A stretch of 64,000 bases of DNA, taken from Selaginella moellendorffii. Taxonomy: Eukaryota > Plantae > Lycopodiophyta. The stretch covers positions 2,840,819-2,904,818 of the forward strand of contig NW_003314272.1 in the NCBI RefSeq assembly GCF_000143415.4. The letters run 5' to 3'. Both the position numbers and the translations under genes were made by a program. Of this stretch, positions 12,878-27,050 are shown in pieces. Every line of letters begins with the position of its first letter. Positions within the stretch are counted from its first letter, which is position 1. The notes below the pieces were generated by a model that ran no database searches, was not told the DNA's origin, and saw only the letters and a program-made list of their open reading frames with translations.

Positions 12878-13580
12878 AACAAGTTCATTAGAAACAAGAG
12901 AAGAGGGTAAAGAAGGGAAAGGAGTTTGAGAAAGGGCATTAATATTAACCATAGAATTCCTTGGGTAATGAAAAGCCTTTAAATTATATATTTGAGCCCA
13001 CTAAGTTGTACAACTAACTAAGTTCTTCCGCTTTAATAACAAAGTAACTACAATATGATCACCTTTTAACAACATCCGAAAACCATTACATAAAGCTTAT
13101 TGGAACCTTAAACTACTACTAAACACTCCTTCTCTATTGTGAAGTAATTCACTTCTATTGGTTATAATGTATAGTTGATGTATGCAATGGGATAATGCTG
13201 ATCAGGCACATTCATACTTTCTTGTATTAAAACACCCCCAAGACTGATATCTAAAGCATCCACACGCAAAATGAAATATCAAGTGTAATTAAAATATGCT
13301 AAAATTGGAGGAGTCATTAATAACTCTTTGAGTAAATGTCTATTCACAGTCTTTAGATTAAATGAAAGATAACATTGACAACTTTAGCAACACTCATAAT
13401 AGTGCGGTTCAATTAGAAAAATGATTAACAAAATAATTGAGATATTGCACCTTGTCTAGGAAGTGTTATATATCATTCAAACACTTTGGAGTAGGGAGTT
13501 TTTGAATGGCCACAAGTTTGTCAAGAACAATTTACAAACCCTTATAAGAAATATGGTACCCAAGATAAATCATGTCTTTG
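12878..13580 (-). pseudogene. Ancient gypsy element E, RT thumb/RNase H fragment
   Basis: Minus strand reads IYLGYHISYKGL..DKLVAIQKLPTPK..HFLDKVQY.., followed by degenerate RNase H motifs with many stops. Confidence 0.7.
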
Positions 13581-14022
13581 GATCTTGGAGAACTACAAAA
13601 TCTCTACAATGATCTTGTGAATCCTCTCTAATCTAAACTAGAACCAAACATAAAAAGGAAAGAAATACTTAGCCATTTGCTATTGCAAAGATGTTAATGC
13701 TGAGATTGATGCACATCTCACAGCCTTGATCCCCAGAAGGCAGTGAGTAAGACAGACATGGAAGAGAAGAGTAGATATTGAGCAAGTGGAGTGTATGTTA
13801 TTATGGCCAAGGATATAAAAAGACAGAAAGGGGGATAGGTCTGGCGTGCTATCACCAGCCTATATAACCACTACATGCCCAGTCATCCAAGTCAAGAATT
13901 TAGACCGGGAGAAATCTTGATCTCAATTCCTGACTTAGGAAATGCCTTTGTGCGAAAATCACGATGCAAAATGCATGTACCTCTCTACTCTCTGACAACT
14001 AGAGTTGAGCGGCTCTTGCAGC

Positions 14023-15870
14023 TCAAGCTTCCATTGTGGTGGTAGTAGCAGTTGTGGTGTTAGCCTCTAGTTCTTCCTCGTAGTCCTCAAGCTTGTCGCG
14101 GGTGTAGTTCTTTATGGCAGTCTCGAGCACCTGTAGTCGGGCCTTGAGCTCCATGTTCTCTTTGGTGAGGCGGGCATTCTCGAGTTGGTACTGCTGCGCT
14201 AACTCGAAAGATTCTCGGCAGGTGTTTGGTGTTGGGAGTACGTGAGCCTGTATAGTGCAAAGGATTCCCTTTACCTGATTGAGTTCCTGAGCCATGCTCG
14301 CCATTTTCTCCTCGTGTGGGTGTGCAAAAACATTGTGGAAGAAGCTCTCCATTCCGTCCCGTGTGTACACCGCCATGTTGGAGTTATGGTACTGCTCCAG
14401 GAAGTTTGTAGGCATGGGACGGATCACTTTCGGCTGCTGCTGGTCCTGATGATGATGCTCCTGCTGCTCCGAATTGTAGTGGTGGTGCTTGTTGTTCATG
14501 CGCTTGTGATGAAATTGGCGTTGCATTGTTGAACGAGGCGGCTGCATGTTGTCGGCAGTGGTGTCTGGAGCAAATGTCTGTTGCGGCTCAGCTGGCTGCT
14601 GTAGCTTGGTTGGCTGCTGCGGCAAAGATGGCTGCTCCTCAGCATGCTGGTGTGGTGAAGATGGCTGCTCAGCAGGCTGTGGCAACGAATGTTGGTGCTG
14701 CTCGACGGGCTACAACAGTGGAGGCTGCTGCTGCTGAGGCTAGTGCTGCTCGGCGGTCTGCTCCGTGGGTGGTTCGTAAAAAATGTTGTGCCCCTGCTCA
14801 ACGGATGGTGGATTTGTAACCGTCTCAGGATTTTCAAGAATATCCTGCGTCAGCAAAATGTGATCGTCCACTGGAATTGTTGTACCTGGAGACAGAGGTT
14901 GTGCCAGTTCCTGCGGTGGTGATGGTGGCAAATTCGGCTGCGGTGAGCTAGGAGGCTGCAAGCTCCTCGTTGATGGCTGTGTAGGTGCCAAACTCTGCTT
15001 CCGTTTTGTTTTGGATCTAGAGGTTCTTGTTGGTTGTTGTCTCGGCACCATGTGCTGGATTGTTTGCACATCACTGTCGTCACTATCAATCTGTGGAGGC
15101 GCAACGTTTCTTCGGCCTTGTCCCCATGTTTTTCTTCGTGGAGTTGCTACTGTCTTTTGCTGGACCTCTTTCCTCTTAGTGTTCACCAAGTGTTCTTCAG
15201 CGTGGCGTTTTGAACTTTTTGTGGCTATGTGCTGCGGAAGCAGAGGTGGTGGACTGTAGATCACCATGGCTTGACTTCTGTGCGTGATGATGGCTCGGAC
15301 ATACAGTAGTACCAGTGTCCTCACACATTTCTTCGTGTTGAGTTCTCCTACCACCTTCTTAAGTTCCTTACGAAACTTCGGGATCACATATCCTGCTAAA
15401 TCCACTTTCTTCCCAGCTTGAAGATCCTCCTAAATGAAGGCCACGGATCTACTCACTGTCGTAGCAGTCTTTCGAAATTCCAGGTTGAGAACAAGGAACT
15501 TGAATATGTTGTAGAGCTCGTCCTTGATGTTGGAGAATTGCAAACTAAGCGCCGAGTTGTAGCTCTCGGGATCTTTCATGATGTCGTGACTTAAAGCCTG
15601 TGTGCGTGGAGCAGAGACTGGCTCGCCTTCGTCCGGGAGACATAGAGCTGCTGCCACCTCCGAATCTTCAAGTCCAACCTGGTCAGTGGCGAGAGCCATC
15701 AAGTGAGCCTTCTCGTTGCTCACTTGATTCATGAGATACCCTTCCATTTGTTCTGCAAAGTTGTAGAGTCCGTGAGTGCGAGTCCAACTCTTGACATCGT
15801 CATTGAATTGCCACTCGAGATTTTGAGAAAGGATGACGGTTTCTACCTGGGATGTTTGCTTGGTTTGCAT
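14023..15870 (-). pseudogene. Extra ORF 3' of pol (~615 codons): plant-transposon-protein-like N-terminus, Pro/Gln-rich middle, C-terminal coiled coil
   Basis: ORFs 15430-16128, 14740-15405 and 14023-14685 share one frame and are broken only by TAG codons. Motifs include AAALCLPDEG, KKVDLAGYVI and LENARLTKENMELKARLQVLE. Confidence 0.65.
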
Positions 15871-16184
15871 TGTGTCGACTCTTCGGTGCTGTTGAGAATG
15901 CTCTTGTGCCTGTGATGCAAATAGAGGAAAAGATATGAGCGCTCTTTCTATTCTTGTGAACACACTCTTCTTGCTTCTTTTGTGGGCACTCTCTTTTCTA
16001 CTTGCTTTCTTGTTGTTTCTCTCGATTGGTGTGTTTCTTAGAATCTGATGCACTCGTTTGAGATGGGTGAAAGCGCCTAGCTGACAATCACTCTCTAGCA
16101 CTCTTGTGATCTCAAGATTTGCTTGCAACTCAAGCTTACCTTTGTGATGTTCCAGCGTGCGCTTCCTCGCCGTCAGGGTTAGGG

Positions 16185-19100
16185 CTAACTCTGTTTTGTT
16201 TTGTTCATATTGTGTTCTTGCATTTTTACTAAGTCTTTGCTTGAGTATAGTTGTTTGTAATCGTTGTGGACTTGTTTGTGGACAACGTATATTGTTTCGG
16301 TTTCATTGGTAATCAATTCCAGCATGGTGTGCTTGGCTTGCATATACGTTATACTTGGTTCTTGATATTTTCTCAATTTGTTGAGATTAACTATTTGTAT
16401 TTCTTCATCATTGAGTGTTGCTAAATGAGCTGTGCCAGGTGTTTGCATACTTGTGATCTTGAATGGTCCTTCCCATTGATGTACCAATTTGCCTCCGATT
16501 TTGTCAACATTTCCTCTATACCATAGAACAAAATTTCCAACTTCAAATCTATCAGTTTTCTTTTTAGTCTATTTTCTATCGTGATAAGCTTTTCTCCTTG
16601 CTTGTATGGCTTCAATTGTCCATAAAGCATATAATCTTTCTTCATTTAACTTTTCTAGCATAGCCAATCTTTTTTTGATTGATTCTTCTTGATTAATTTG
16701 CAGCTGAATTGCCATTCTCAAGGATGGTACAGTATATTCTAGTGGTGTCAAAGCTTCAAGTCCATAAGCTAATTTGAATGGAGTTGAATTTGTTGAAACT
16801 TTATATGCTGTTCTATAAGCCCAAAGAGCATCATAAACTTTATTATCCCGATCTTTAAGATTGGTTTGCACTATTTTCTTCAGTATATTCTTAAGTGTTT
16901 TGTTTGTGGATTCGGCTTGGCCGTTGCCTTGTGGATAATATGGTGTAAATTTCTTATGTTTGATGAAAAATTCATCTAGTAAAATCTTGATTGTTTCATT
17001 GAGGAAATGTGTTCCTCAATCCGTTACTATTTCTCGAGGTAATCCATATTTTGTGATAATCGTTTCATAAAGAAACTTTACTATATTCTTTGTTGTCGCT
17101 TTCTTGAGTGGTTGGGCTTCTGCCCATTTTGTCATATAATCTGTTGCTACTAGAATATATTGATTTCCATTTCTGCTCGTTTGTATAGGTCCTACAAAAT
17201 CTAGGCCCCATCTTTGGAAAGGTTCTATTGCTATAGTCGGATTCAGTTCTTGTGTTTGTTTCTTGGGTGGAAATTGTGTACGCTGACAAATATCACAAGT
17301 TTGACAAAACTGTGAAGTGTCTTTCTATAATGTAGGCCATCATAGGCCTGCTTGCAATATTTTCCTTGCTGTAATTTCTTCTGCAAAATGCCCTCCAGAG
17401 CAACCTGCATGGGCTTCTTCTAGTAACGTGTGTATCTCTTCTTGTGAACGTACACATCTTCTTAATATATTATCATGTCCAATTCTATAGAGTCTTCCTC
17501 CGACGACTGAGTATCGTCGTGTCCTCAAGACGAATTGTTTCCTTTGATCTTGCGTGGTACATGATGTGGGAACTGTTGTAGTTGTTAAATAATTAAAGAT
17601 TTCTTGAAGTGTATCGTGGGTGGTAATCTTAAAAAGATGTGAATCAGGTAAGTCATCATTGGGGTCTTGTATATTTTCTCCGGTTGTAATTCTACTGAGA
17701 TGATCAGCTTGTTCATGGTATTTGCCTAGTTTGTGAACTATTTCAAAATTGAATTCTTGTAATAACAAAAACCATCTGGCTATTCGTCCACTAAGGATGG
17801 GTTTGTTGAGTAGATGAATCAATGCTTGATGATCAACGAATATTTTGACTTTGTTGGAAAGTAAATAATGTCGGAATTTGGTCAAGGCATATATCATGCC
17901 TAAGGCTTCTTTTTCTGTGGTTGTATAATTCATTTCAGGTGGAGAAAGTTGTCGACTTGCATAATATATTAGGTGATCACAATGATCATCTTTTCTTTGG
18001 CACAGAATTGCTCCTAGCGCATAGTCAGAAGCATCAACTTGTACGAAAAATTCTTGAGTCCAGTTTGGTTGGACCAGAATTGGTGCTTGTGTAAGTTTTT
18101 CTTTAAATATCAAGAATGCTTGCTGACATTCTTGAGTCCAGTGATAGAATTTGTCTTTCTTAAGTAACTCAGTTAATGGTGTAGCGACTTGGGCATAGTC
18201 CTTGATAAATCTTCTATGGTAACCCATCTTGCCCAAAAAACTGCACAATCTTTTAAGATCATAAGGTGGTTGCATTTTCATAATGACGTCGGTTTTAGCT
18301 TTATCGATTTGAATGCCTTGAGTGGAAACAATGTGGCCAAGGAGTATGCCTGATTTAACAAAGAAAGTACATTTTTTAGGATGCAGAGCAACTTGGTTTT
18401 GTCTGCATTTGATAAAACATTTCTTGAGGTATTTAAGGTGTTTGTCTTTAGGTCCAAAAACACTAAAGTCATCCATAAAGACTCGCATAAAATTTGTGAG
18501 ATAATCTTGGAAGGTATCGGTAATGATCCGTTGAAATGTAAATGGGGCATTGGTTAATCCAAATGGCATTCGCATGTATGCGTATGCTCCCCATGGATTT
18601 ATGAAAGCTGTTTTATGTTGATCCTTGACAGCTATATGTACTTGATTGTAGCCTAAAAAACCGTCAAGAAATGAGTACATCTCATGTCCGGCAACGGCAT
18701 CAAGTATTTCATTTGAAAATGGGATGGGAAAGGCATCTTTTGTTGTGGCATCATTTAACTTCTTGTAGTTTACACACATACGTAATTTCCCATTTTTCTT
18801 GGGTACAATGACTAAAGGTGATAGCCATTGGGCATTTTGTATTGGATATATGAATCTTGCTTCAAGGAGCTTATTAATTTCAGCTTTTATTTTCTCAGCG
18901 AATGTTGGATTCATCCGGTAAGCAGTTTGTTTAATGGGTTGAACTCCTGGAAGTAATTCGATTCGATGTGTACATAATTCAGGTGGTATACCCTTGAGGT
19001 CTTTATATGACCACGCAAAGACATCTTTATACTTAGTAAGGAGCGTAATAGCCTCAAGTTTAAATGGTTTGTCGAGTTGTGTAGCTATTAAGATGTTTTG

Positions 19101-20562
19101 TGGGTTTGAGGGAACCCCTAGATTTAATTCTTCAATATCTTCATTGATATTTATACGAAGTTTGAATTCTTGATTTTCAGTGGTGAGTGCGGATTCGTCT
19201 TGTATATCTAGGTGATATTCTGTAGTTTATAGTTGTTTGGGTTGTATTGCTGGTCTTGCTTTTTGTACAGTAGTTTTTGTTGTATGTTTCTTCTTTAAAT
19301 GAGGTTGTTTTGAATCTTCATAGTCTTGACACTTGATTATAGGGAGTATCCTATTAAGGTCAATTTCTTGAATTGCCTTAAGTTCAGGATATGCTTCAAA
19401 TAATTTAGCTTCTTCAAGATCGTCTAAGCCTTCTTGCCAATTGTATTCTTGAACTTGTGTTGGTCAGAAACTTCTTGAGATTTTCTTGCTTGTCAATGTT
19501 GATATTTTAGTTTGTCCTTGTTGGGATTGGATACATATCTCATGTTCCATCCAATACTGTGCAGAAACAGCTTTGTTAAGCCAAGGTCTGCCTAACAAAA
19601 TTTCGTAAGAAGATTCTTCAATCGGCATTTTTAACACAACAAAGTTAACTTTAAATTTATATCCTTTGATTGTTATAGAGACATCACGAATGATGCCTGC
19701 TGGTCTGACAACTCTTTGATCAGCCATGCGTACATTGAATGGTGCAGCTTGTATATTGCCCAATCCTAAAGCTTTGCATAGTGCATATTCGATGATATTA
19801 ACCCCAGAACCTCTATCAAGGATAGCTCTTTCAATATGATTTTTGCCGATGTGTATGTTGATACAAGGTACATTATCATCATAATCACCAGGTTGGATTC
19901 TTTCAGCTTGCTCTTGTTGTGTTGGTTGAGATTGGTGTTTTTCTTATGTGCGAGCTTCAGGGATCCTTCGATTACAGATCTTCAAGTTTGGTCTTTCATA
20001 TATGGTGCTATTTGCAGTATTTGTTGTAGGGTTAAAGTAATTCCCTGCTGTAGTATGTGCTCAGCAATGGTTGTATGCTCATCTTGAGTAAAGCTTAATA
20101 CTTGAGTTTGGTTGTCTTGATTGTATATTTGATCATTAATAATTTCGGGATCTTTGTTTCGAAGCTCTTGTTGAATGGTGTTAAGTATTTTCTTACTCTT
20201 TTTCCACTCAGTATTCTCGATTTCTATCGCGTGATCACTTTCATCTTGTTCTTCATAATTATCAGGTTGTTGACATTCATATTGTGTTCTAGTGATTGCC
20301 AATACTTCTGGTTCTTCAGTCATTAGTTGTTCTTCAACTTCTGCTTGAACTACTCGTGCTGCTGGTGGTCTTCCAGCAGGAGGTTGATTGACTCTTTGGT
20401 TTTGTGGATTGTATTGTTATCGAATTTGATTTTCTTGTGGTTGATTTTGTCTTGGTTGATAATGCTGTTGCAAAGCTTGATTGTTGTAATTGTTATATTG
20501 CCTTTGTTGGCTTTGGTTGTAGTTGTTCCATTATGGACGTTGATAATTGTTTTGGTGTCCAT
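16185..20562 (-). pseudogene. pol: Element D gag-pol (gag tail, protease, RT, RNase H, integrase)
   Basis: PR YEILLGRPWL; RT WLSPLVIVPKKNGKLRMCV and RVFMDDF; RH VDASDYALGAIL and EKEALG; IN HAGCSGGH and ALWAYRTAYK. Several stops and frameshifts. Confidence 0.92.
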
Positions 20563-20574
20563 TGTAATATGCTA

Positions 20575-20653
20575 ATTTAGCTTTAATATGTAATGAAATA
20601 TGCACTTCAATCATTTTAGCTTTAAACTAACTTCTCACAATCAATTTAATACT
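20575..20653 (-). pseudogene. Ancient gypsy element E, RT fragment left of the solo LTR
   Basis: VLN*L*EVSLKLK*LKCIF continues directly from ...KETWEEHVHDV*K at 29401 and above. Confidence 0.7.
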
Positions 20654-21260
20654 TGTAAGGAACCAACTCCCCAAGGTGTCGTAGGCTAAAGGATCCCGGA
20701 AAGCACAACCAAAATGATAAAGAGTTTATTGGATGGGACCAAGTCCGAGATCGAGTCCAAGATCGACTCTGAGACCAAGTTCGAGATAGAGTCCGAGATC
20801 GAGCCCGAGGCCGACTCCAAGACCGAGTTCGAGACCGAGTTCGAGATAGAATTCGAGATCAGGTCCAAGACCAGGTCCGAGGTCGAGTCTGTGGTCGGGT
20901 CTGAGGTCAAGTCCGAGATCGAGTCCGAAATCAGGTCTGAGATCAAATCCGAGATCAAGTCTGAGACCGAGTCCGGGTACTAATACAGGTCAAGGGGTGA
21001 AAGCCCAAAGCGTCTGTCTCCCAGAGGGGGGGGGGGGGGGGGGCAAGGGCTGCAGGGGGTTCCAAAAGTATAGTAGGATAGTGAGGTCCAGGAACTAGTC
21101 TTGAAAGAACTCTCCAATGGTGTTTCCAAACTAACTTGAGGTTGAGATTGGGATCAAGGGGCCTTGCGTGGGAGTGAGCATGGACTCGAGTGGTGCCGAA
21201 GGGGCCACCCAAGGAAGTGCTCAAGAGCAGCTCCAGCTTCCAGAAAGGAAACCGATTGCG

Positions 21261-22950
21261 TGTGAGACACAAAATCCCTAGGCCCCAAAGTGGAGCTGGA
21301 AGGGCGCCACGTGGTAGTGGCCGAAGCGAAAACCAAATGAGCGTAACACGTTTGGACTAAAAACTCCAACTTGAAAGGTTGAGAGCGGGAGTGGAACTCC
21401 CAACAAAGTGCTTGAGGAATGAGCACGAAGCGAGCAATAAGCGAGGCTCCAAAAAGGGACCCAAAAGGACCAACACATGACACGTGACGGAGTCGGAGAT
21501 GGACCCAAGATGGAGTCCGAGGTGGAGTCCGAGATGGAGTCCGAGATGGACCCGAGATGGATCCGAGATGGAGTCCGAAATGGAGTCCGAGATGGACCTG
21601 AGATGGAGTCCGAGGTGGAGTCCGAGGTGGACCCGAGATGGACCCGAGATGGAGTCCGAGGTGGAGTCCGAGGTGGACCCGAGATGGAGTCCGAGGTGGA
21701 GTCCGAGATGGAGTCTGAGATGGGCCCGAGATGGACCCGAGATGGAGTCCGAGATGGAGTCCGAGTTGGAGTCCGAGATGGACCCGAGATGGAGTCCAAA
21801 GTCGAGACCGGACCAAGACCGAGACCGGGACCGAGACCGAGACCGAGATTGGGACCGAGACCGAGACCGAGGCCGAGCCCAAGTCCGAGTCCGAGTCCGA
21901 ATCCGAGTCTGAGTCCGAGTCCAAGTCCGAGTCCAAGTCCGAGTCCGGAGCCTGAGAGGGTGAAAGCCCAAAGCGTTCGTCTCCCAGACCCTGGGGGGTT
22001 TGGTGAGCTCCAAAAGTATAGTAGGGGGAGGATTGCAGTGGAGCCAGTTTGGCCAGGAAAGGCCAGTTTGGCCCAAGAAGGCCAGACCCAGTGTTGGGTG
22101 ATGAGCTGCCCACTGGGAAGTCCAAGACTAGAGTGAACACGGACCGACAAGCGGGGTAGCTTGGTGAAGTGTTCAAGAGCCGGCTCTAGTTCCCCCGGGA
22201 GATCGACTGGCCGATGCTCCCAGTCCAAGTGTGGGTGGCACTACCTACTTGGATACCTGGTGTGGCTCAACGAAACCCGCTCTAAGCCCATGGCTAGAGC
22301 ACCCAAGGGCAGAAGGCGAGGAGAGTACCCAGGTGGCTTGCGTAAGGCCACGGTGTTCCGAAATGTTGTCCCAAAGGCCCAGACTGTGGAAAGGAAGAGG
22401 AGCAGTCCTCTGGAGTAGTGACCAAGGACACAGTCGTGTGGTGAGGAAGTCCCAGAGGACCATGGGACTTAGTGGTCGGGCCTGTGGGTCTCGATCCAGT
22501 GGCAGTGTTGGCAAACACGGCCAGGGGCAAAAAGGGACTTAGTGGGGACTGACAGAGGGATATTGGGGAAGGCTATTCCCCTTGTCGGTGGGCATCCTAA
22601 GGATGCTAAGGAGTGGATCTGAGATGACCACTCACGGATGGTTTGCCTAGTCTTGGAGAGCCAAGACTGTGATGCAAGTGGTATTGGACTACCAGTGTGG
22701 CGAAGGTGATTGGGCATGGCCTTAGCGTAACGGGCTGCCATGTCGGTGGTACCTTTGAGTGTCGGTCATGGGATCGGACACGTGGAGCACTGGGACCAAG
22801 TGCAAATGTTGAGTGGCATGGATGCCATTCTCGGGGCTAGCAAGTACCAAGTCTTGGATTGGACTTATGGAGGTTGTGAATGAGACTCCTCCAAGTGGTC
22901 AGAGGTGTGGTTAAGTGACTAAAGTAGAATGGAAAATTTAGTCGCTTACA
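21261..22950 (+). repeat. A2 5' LTR (1690 bp)
   Basis: TG...CA ends, followed by the PBS. Confidence 0.93.
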
Positions 22951-25900
22951 ATTTGGTATCGGAGCTGTTCCTTAGTCCAACTTTTATTGGTGCTCAAGTA
23001 TATCACCATTGATGTTGGCATCGGAAGGTCCTAGGAGTGGGCCTATCCTGGAGGAGTAGCATGTCGAGAGGACATGGCTCTCCACTCAAGTTCATGCGTG
23101 AACTTGGGCACAATGTGGTGGGTAGAAAAGGGCCAATAATGGAACGACTTTGGGATCTTGGGAACAATATATGGTTTTCCTCAGAGAGTTGAGGATGTGA
23201 TCTAGATGAGCGTTTGACTCAGTAAATGGCCAATGTAGTTGTGGTAAACAACTAAAGTTGGGATCACAGGAAAGATAAAGACTCCAAAGCAATAAGGGAG
23301 TCACAAGATTTTCCTCATGTAGTTGAGGTTGGTGCTCATGAATGTGAGACCAGAAGTAATGACCGTGGGAGGTCAAATATGGAAGAGGACTCAAGTCCTT
23401 GAAATGGTAGCCGGGGCTACCTTTAATAAATGCTGGAACAACCCAAGGAGTTGGGGGGTGTACTTAGAGATGAGTTGGCATTCTCATCACATGGACAAGT
23501 AGTCCTAAGGGGTAGAGGTTGCCCCAGAGAACAAAAACAAGTGTCAGAGTAACACTTGTGAAAATAGTCCTTCTGAGTAGGACAGGAATGCAGGAAGTGT
23601 ATTCCAATGAGCTAGTGCCTCACAATTGGGACCTTACGGGTCTGTGGATTAACCAAGTCCAAAACTGCTGGATGACTGCAGTAGAGTCAAGGGATGGTCC
23701 TAAAAGGACTGATGGAAGCATTTGGACTGAGGTGTGTGGTACCCCACAAAGGATGGGGGGGGATCATAGGATCCAAGGATGAGAACAGAGGGTATCTCAT
23801 CGATGGCAAAATGCGCCATGCTAAAGTCGTGGGAAAGGTGTTCCCAAAAAGAAAACAACTTTGACACAAAGTTGTGTGTGACCTCTATGGTGCAGTGCTA
23901 ACAGATGGTTGGCATGAGAAAGAGCGGTATTGGTCTTGGCAAAGACTTAGACACAAAGAAGAAGTGTCATAGAGGTAGGCTCGTGAAGCCGATGGTGTGG
24001 AGACACTAAATGTGCCAAGGTGTGATACCTTGAGGCTATGTTGGTGGGTTCATGAGAACCCCTTGCCAAAGGAATCCCAATGAAAATGGGAATGGCATAG
24101 CCTAAGCGGCAGAGCATGCGGTTGGAGTGTGGTGACCCAGATAATGATGGAGGTGTGGAAGCACCAGCAATGAGTCGTAGGACTTGACAACTATGAGGCA
24201 ACTAAGCAAGACGTGCAAAATAATTGGTTAAATGGGTAGAAGGTAGCTACCCAAGCCTTCTTAATGGCATAGGGAAGTGGATGTACCCTTACAGGGGATA
24301 AGTTGCTTATGTTGCGATATAGTAAGTCAATGTCATAAACAAAAATACTCATTGTCAAGGAAGCCGTCATTGGGACACCCAAACACTCTAGAACACCAGA
24401 AGGTGGTGTTTGATGTCGCGAGGGCAGTAGATAAGGCCCAAGGGACTAAGTCCCTAGCGAATGATGGATAGTAGGTGCTATCCAAATGTCCAAGGTGGCG
24501 GAGACAGGAGAAGACTGTCTACTCGAATTGGACAAAGCCAAAAATGGAATTTTGGCAAGGCTCATGCAAAGGCCCGTAAACAACAATATAATTCCCGTGT
24601 GTGGGATTATAGAGTGAGCATACCTGGATTGAGGAACCACTCCCTAGGCTATCAGGTAGGTTCATCCCTAAGAATACTTGCTAAGGCATGATAGAAAGTG
24701 CAAAGCCATCCTCCTGGTCTGGAGGAGAATGACCGAAGAAAAGGTGTGAAGCCAAAAGCAAGAAGTAAGGGGATAAAACCGAACCATAGGAATCGAAGGG
24801 CATAACCAAGGTTGGTTATGCCAGCTGGGAGTGGAGAATCAAGTGCGGGCTCGAGAGTGTTGCCACTAGCAACCGTGATGCCATGGAGAGTCTAAAATAT
24901 GGAATTGTCCATGTTAGACTATATGGTAATTGGAAAGCTTGCAAAAAGGGAGGCCTTAGCAAGCTAAGGGACAGAGTTCCTTCAAGGTTCCCAAAGAGGA
25001 TTCTAGGTAGCTTAGTACCTAGAAAGACCAAGCGTAAATGGTTCAAGGAACGCGCGAAATCGGAGTGGCGCAGCAGAAGCGTGGTCTTAAAGCTTGCCAT
25101 GAGGCAAGGCTATCAAGGTTAGGGAAGTAGTTCCCGAGTGTTCAAAAAGAGGGCTTTGAACAAAAGTCAATGATCAAGGGCTTTCACGCTTGTGCAGGAA
25201 CCATGTTACAGTGGTCGGAGGACTTGCCAAAGCGAGATTGGCAAGTCAGGGGAACAAATACCCTAGTTGAAGGTGATAACTTCAAAAAGGGTGGGCCATG
25301 GGGCCAAGCATGGAGGAGTCCATGCATGATCACAGCCTTGTCAAGTGAGAGGACTTGGCAGTGGGGAGGAACTAGGTTTCTAAGCTGTGATCTATAGCGC
25401 GCTTTGAGTATAAGTTGGTGCACCGGCGTGGGGAGTCATGCCAGGCATCCTGGATGATGCCGTCCGTAGATGCATATACGGAGGTTGGGTTCGAGTCCCG
25501 ACCCTCTAGTGCTTGGGTTCGAGTCCCAAATCACTAGGGCATGGTGATGGTTTGGAATATGAGGACACTCATATTTCGGTGGTCATGGACTTTCAGTGGG
25601 GAGACTGGTTTGGGCACACCGCCAAACGAGGGATGCCTCGGAGTCGTGATGCACGGTTAGATTGCTTAGTGTGAAAACTCGGCATATCTAACTTGAACGC
25701 TTTGGTGCAAGTGGCACCAAGGACGTGGTGAGTGAGATGGGGACACCTAATCTCAGTTGTTATGAACCCTTGGCCTTAAGGGCTGGCTTGGGTGCACCGC
25801 CAAGTGTGGGGGATGCCCCCAGGGTTATAGTCAACAATTTGAAGGTCTAGAAGACCAAGTACCTCTTGGCAACTCTAATAAGGTGCCAAGGTGAGATCAC

Positions 25901-27050
25901 TAGGTGATTGTATGGCCAAATAAGGACAAGGTCCTTGGTTGGCTAAGGAATGAAGTTCCTGGTTCAAAATGTTGAAATTGAACTGTTTAAGGTGGTGTGG
26001 CTTGGTTATGATGAGCAAGTGGGAAAAACACCTTAGGAAAATGAGCTATGTCATTGCGATGGCATAGTGTGTCCAAGGAAAGTAGTCTCTAGAGAGACCC
26101 ATGGGAGGGTCACAAAGTTGGGCCGTGGATAGAGCCCACTGCAGAAAATGCTAAAGAGACTTACTAGGTGTGAACACCCTAGTCTTGGCAGAGCAGAGCC
26201 TTTGCTATGGAATCAAAAGAATACCTCAAGGAGGGAGGTAGAGATTCGATGTTGCTTGGTGCAATAATCAATGGATAGGAGCAAAAGATGAGTGGCCAAG
26301 ATAGGGCCGTGGAATCCCTTGGAAGGAATCCAAGTGGCAAAGTTAGGCGAGGAACACTAATGTGTTGGATGCTAACAAATTGCGGGAAAGGAAGTGTGTT
26401 TCCAAGGATGGATTCCGAATTGCTCCGATTTGGCGAAAGTGGAAGCTCCAAGGGAGGGAGCAGTAAGGTAGCCAACTGATAAGATCATGAACAGCCCTAG
26501 CACAAAGTATGATGAATGGAACTTAGTGCCCAAGGTGTCATGAAATAGAAGAGAGGATGATGGTGCCCTCAAGTAATGAATTTCCTAGGATGGGGAAGTG
26601 GAGTTGCACAATATGTGCAATGCAAGGTGTTGGAGTGCCGAGGTGAGACATTCAATAGATGGAAATTGAGACTACTCAAGAAGGAGTAGTGGGATTGACT
26701 TAGAGAAGGGTCTCTAAGAGGTTTAGCAAGAACTAAACCAATAAAAGGAGAGAACCACTACATGTGGTCCAATCAGTCTCTAAGTTGGAAAGACTACCCT
26801 CCTTAGAGGATGGGCAAGGCATGGTCAGCCTTTGGTGTCAAACCATTGACGAATATGCAGAAGGCATGGTGAGCCTTCAATGTCAAACCATTGATGAATA
26901 TGGAGAAGGCATGGTAAGCCTTCAATGTCAAACCATTGACAAATATTGGCTAGGTGCCAAGAATGGAAATGGTAACACATGCGAGTGTTACTTTACAAAA
27001 TGGTTTACCGTTCGATGAGGACATCGAACTTCGTTTATGGGTGGTGGAGT

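Larger units (their letters stand above)
13590..20570 (-). mobile_element. 5'-truncated Ty3/gypsy non-chromovirus element D (Athila/Tat superclade, possibly Phygy/Selgy-like) with an extra 3' ORF
   Basis: Order on the minus strand is Gln-rich gag tail, PR, RT, RH, IN, extra ORF. No 5' LTR is seen and the 3' boundary is approximate. Confidence 0.75.

Noticed and set aside
21950-21985. Hammerhead ribozyme-like string CTGAGAG-GGTGAAAGCC-CAAAG in A LTRs (retrozyme idea)
   Set aside because: It lacks the CUGANGA spacing and the essential GAAA after stem II, and the CTGA part is absent in B, C and A3 LTRs.
22951-27050. Short ORFs recurring in family A internal regions (e.g. MESLK..., MVQSV...)
   Set aside because: They recur only because the copies are similar; all are about 100 aa or shorter, with no recognisable motifs and variable stops.
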